Shown: positions 63,165 through 64,000 of the stretch, in pieces
Layout of the letters: each line of letters begins with the position of its first letter
Position numbering within the stretch: position 1 is the stretch's first letter
Assembly (NCBI GenBank): GCA_051362555.1
Contig: CM120644.1
Coordinates: 20,420,534-20,484,533 of the forward strand
DNA length: 64,000 bases
From: Lingula anatina
Taxonomy: Eukaryota; Animalia; Brachiopoda
Direction: 5' to 3'
Notes under the pieces: model-generated
The model's input: only the letters and a program-made list of their open reading frames with translations
Database searches by the model: none
What the model was told of the DNA's origin: nothing
Made by a program: the position numbers and the translations under genes

Positions 63165-63440
63165 TTAACTGCTTCAGTATATGTATATATTTATACATAT
63201 AAATACATCAGTAGTTGCATTATATTGTACAAAATAATACTTCAGTGGCTACATAGAACTATACTTCAGTAGTTACATTGTACTATAAAACTTCAGTAGC
63301 TACAAAATATTTCAGGAGCTTCATACTAATATTTCATTAGTTTACACTTTTAAATACTTCAGTTGCTGCGCATGCATATTAATGCTTCAGCAGCTACATA
63401 CTAATAATTTAGTAGCTACTATAAATATTTCAGTTTGTCA
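63165..63440. repeat. Degenerate ACTTCAGTAGCTACA tandem repeat
   Basis: About ten decayed copies of (A)CTTCAGTAG(C/T)TACA. Confidence 0.7.
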
Positions 63441-64000
63441 GAACGGTTTTATTTATGCAATTTACCTTTCTGTATTCTGTAGTATTTATACTTTAAATGC
63501 TATGGTTTAAAGCAAGAATATACATCCACTTACCTGGAAAACTGAAACAGACCTTATTATCAAAAGTAGCCCAAATATGGGCATTGTATTATATTAGAAA
63601 TGAAATAATACGTGGATCTTCCCTAGAACTTGGTATACTGCAAAATCAAACTATGCTAGCTATAATTTGTATCTTTTATCACGAAAGGTTAATCTATAAG
63701 TGTGACTATGAACTTCCATTTCTAGTCAATTTTTCGAATTGCCATGATGCTTATATCATATTATTTCAAATTGGTGGTGATTATTCTTTTCATGAGAATT
63801 GTGGAAATTCCTGTTTTGAGCACTACTGTCAAAATAACGATTTAGAGAAAAGTATGTACCTTATTTTTCTCAAACTTACAGAAATGATTCTTTAGACTGA
63901 AATGCAGCGTTTATTGGAAAACCACCCTGATTGGATTCTTTTTTTTCTACGAAATGCATATTGGCATTTCAGCACGGGACTTAAAACCCTTACGGACATG

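Overview
Intron-rich, AT-rich animal genomic DNA; the repeat repertoire suggests a mollusc-like lophotrochozoan (inference). Four protein-coding genes can be rebuilt exon by exon with GT-AG junctions and intact frames: a BTB-BACK-Kelch protein (KLHL40/41-like, minus strand, 627 aa), SNAPC1 (plus, 9 coding exons, 413 aa), DCAKD (minus, 5 coding exons, 231 aa) and an intronless class A GPCR (plus, 574 aa). The rest is a dense set of non-autonomous elements: three Helentron/HINE-type families, TTAA Kolobok-like, hAT-like, Merlin-like, MULE-like and Harbinger-like MITEs, a tRNA-derived SINE, a dimeric ~193-bp satellite and several minisatellites. The most notable observations are: (1) a 2-kb composite of two MITEs sharing one outer 6-bp TSD and carrying promoter/first-exon-like cargo; (2) a three-exon antisense mini-gene candidate inside a DCAKD intron; (3) in-frame tandem quadruplication of the DCAKD tail anchor plus stop codon; (4) a triplicated exon-like cassette inside the satellite; (5) three-level Helentron nesting with empty sites visible in the window. 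All calls were made by eye, without database searches.
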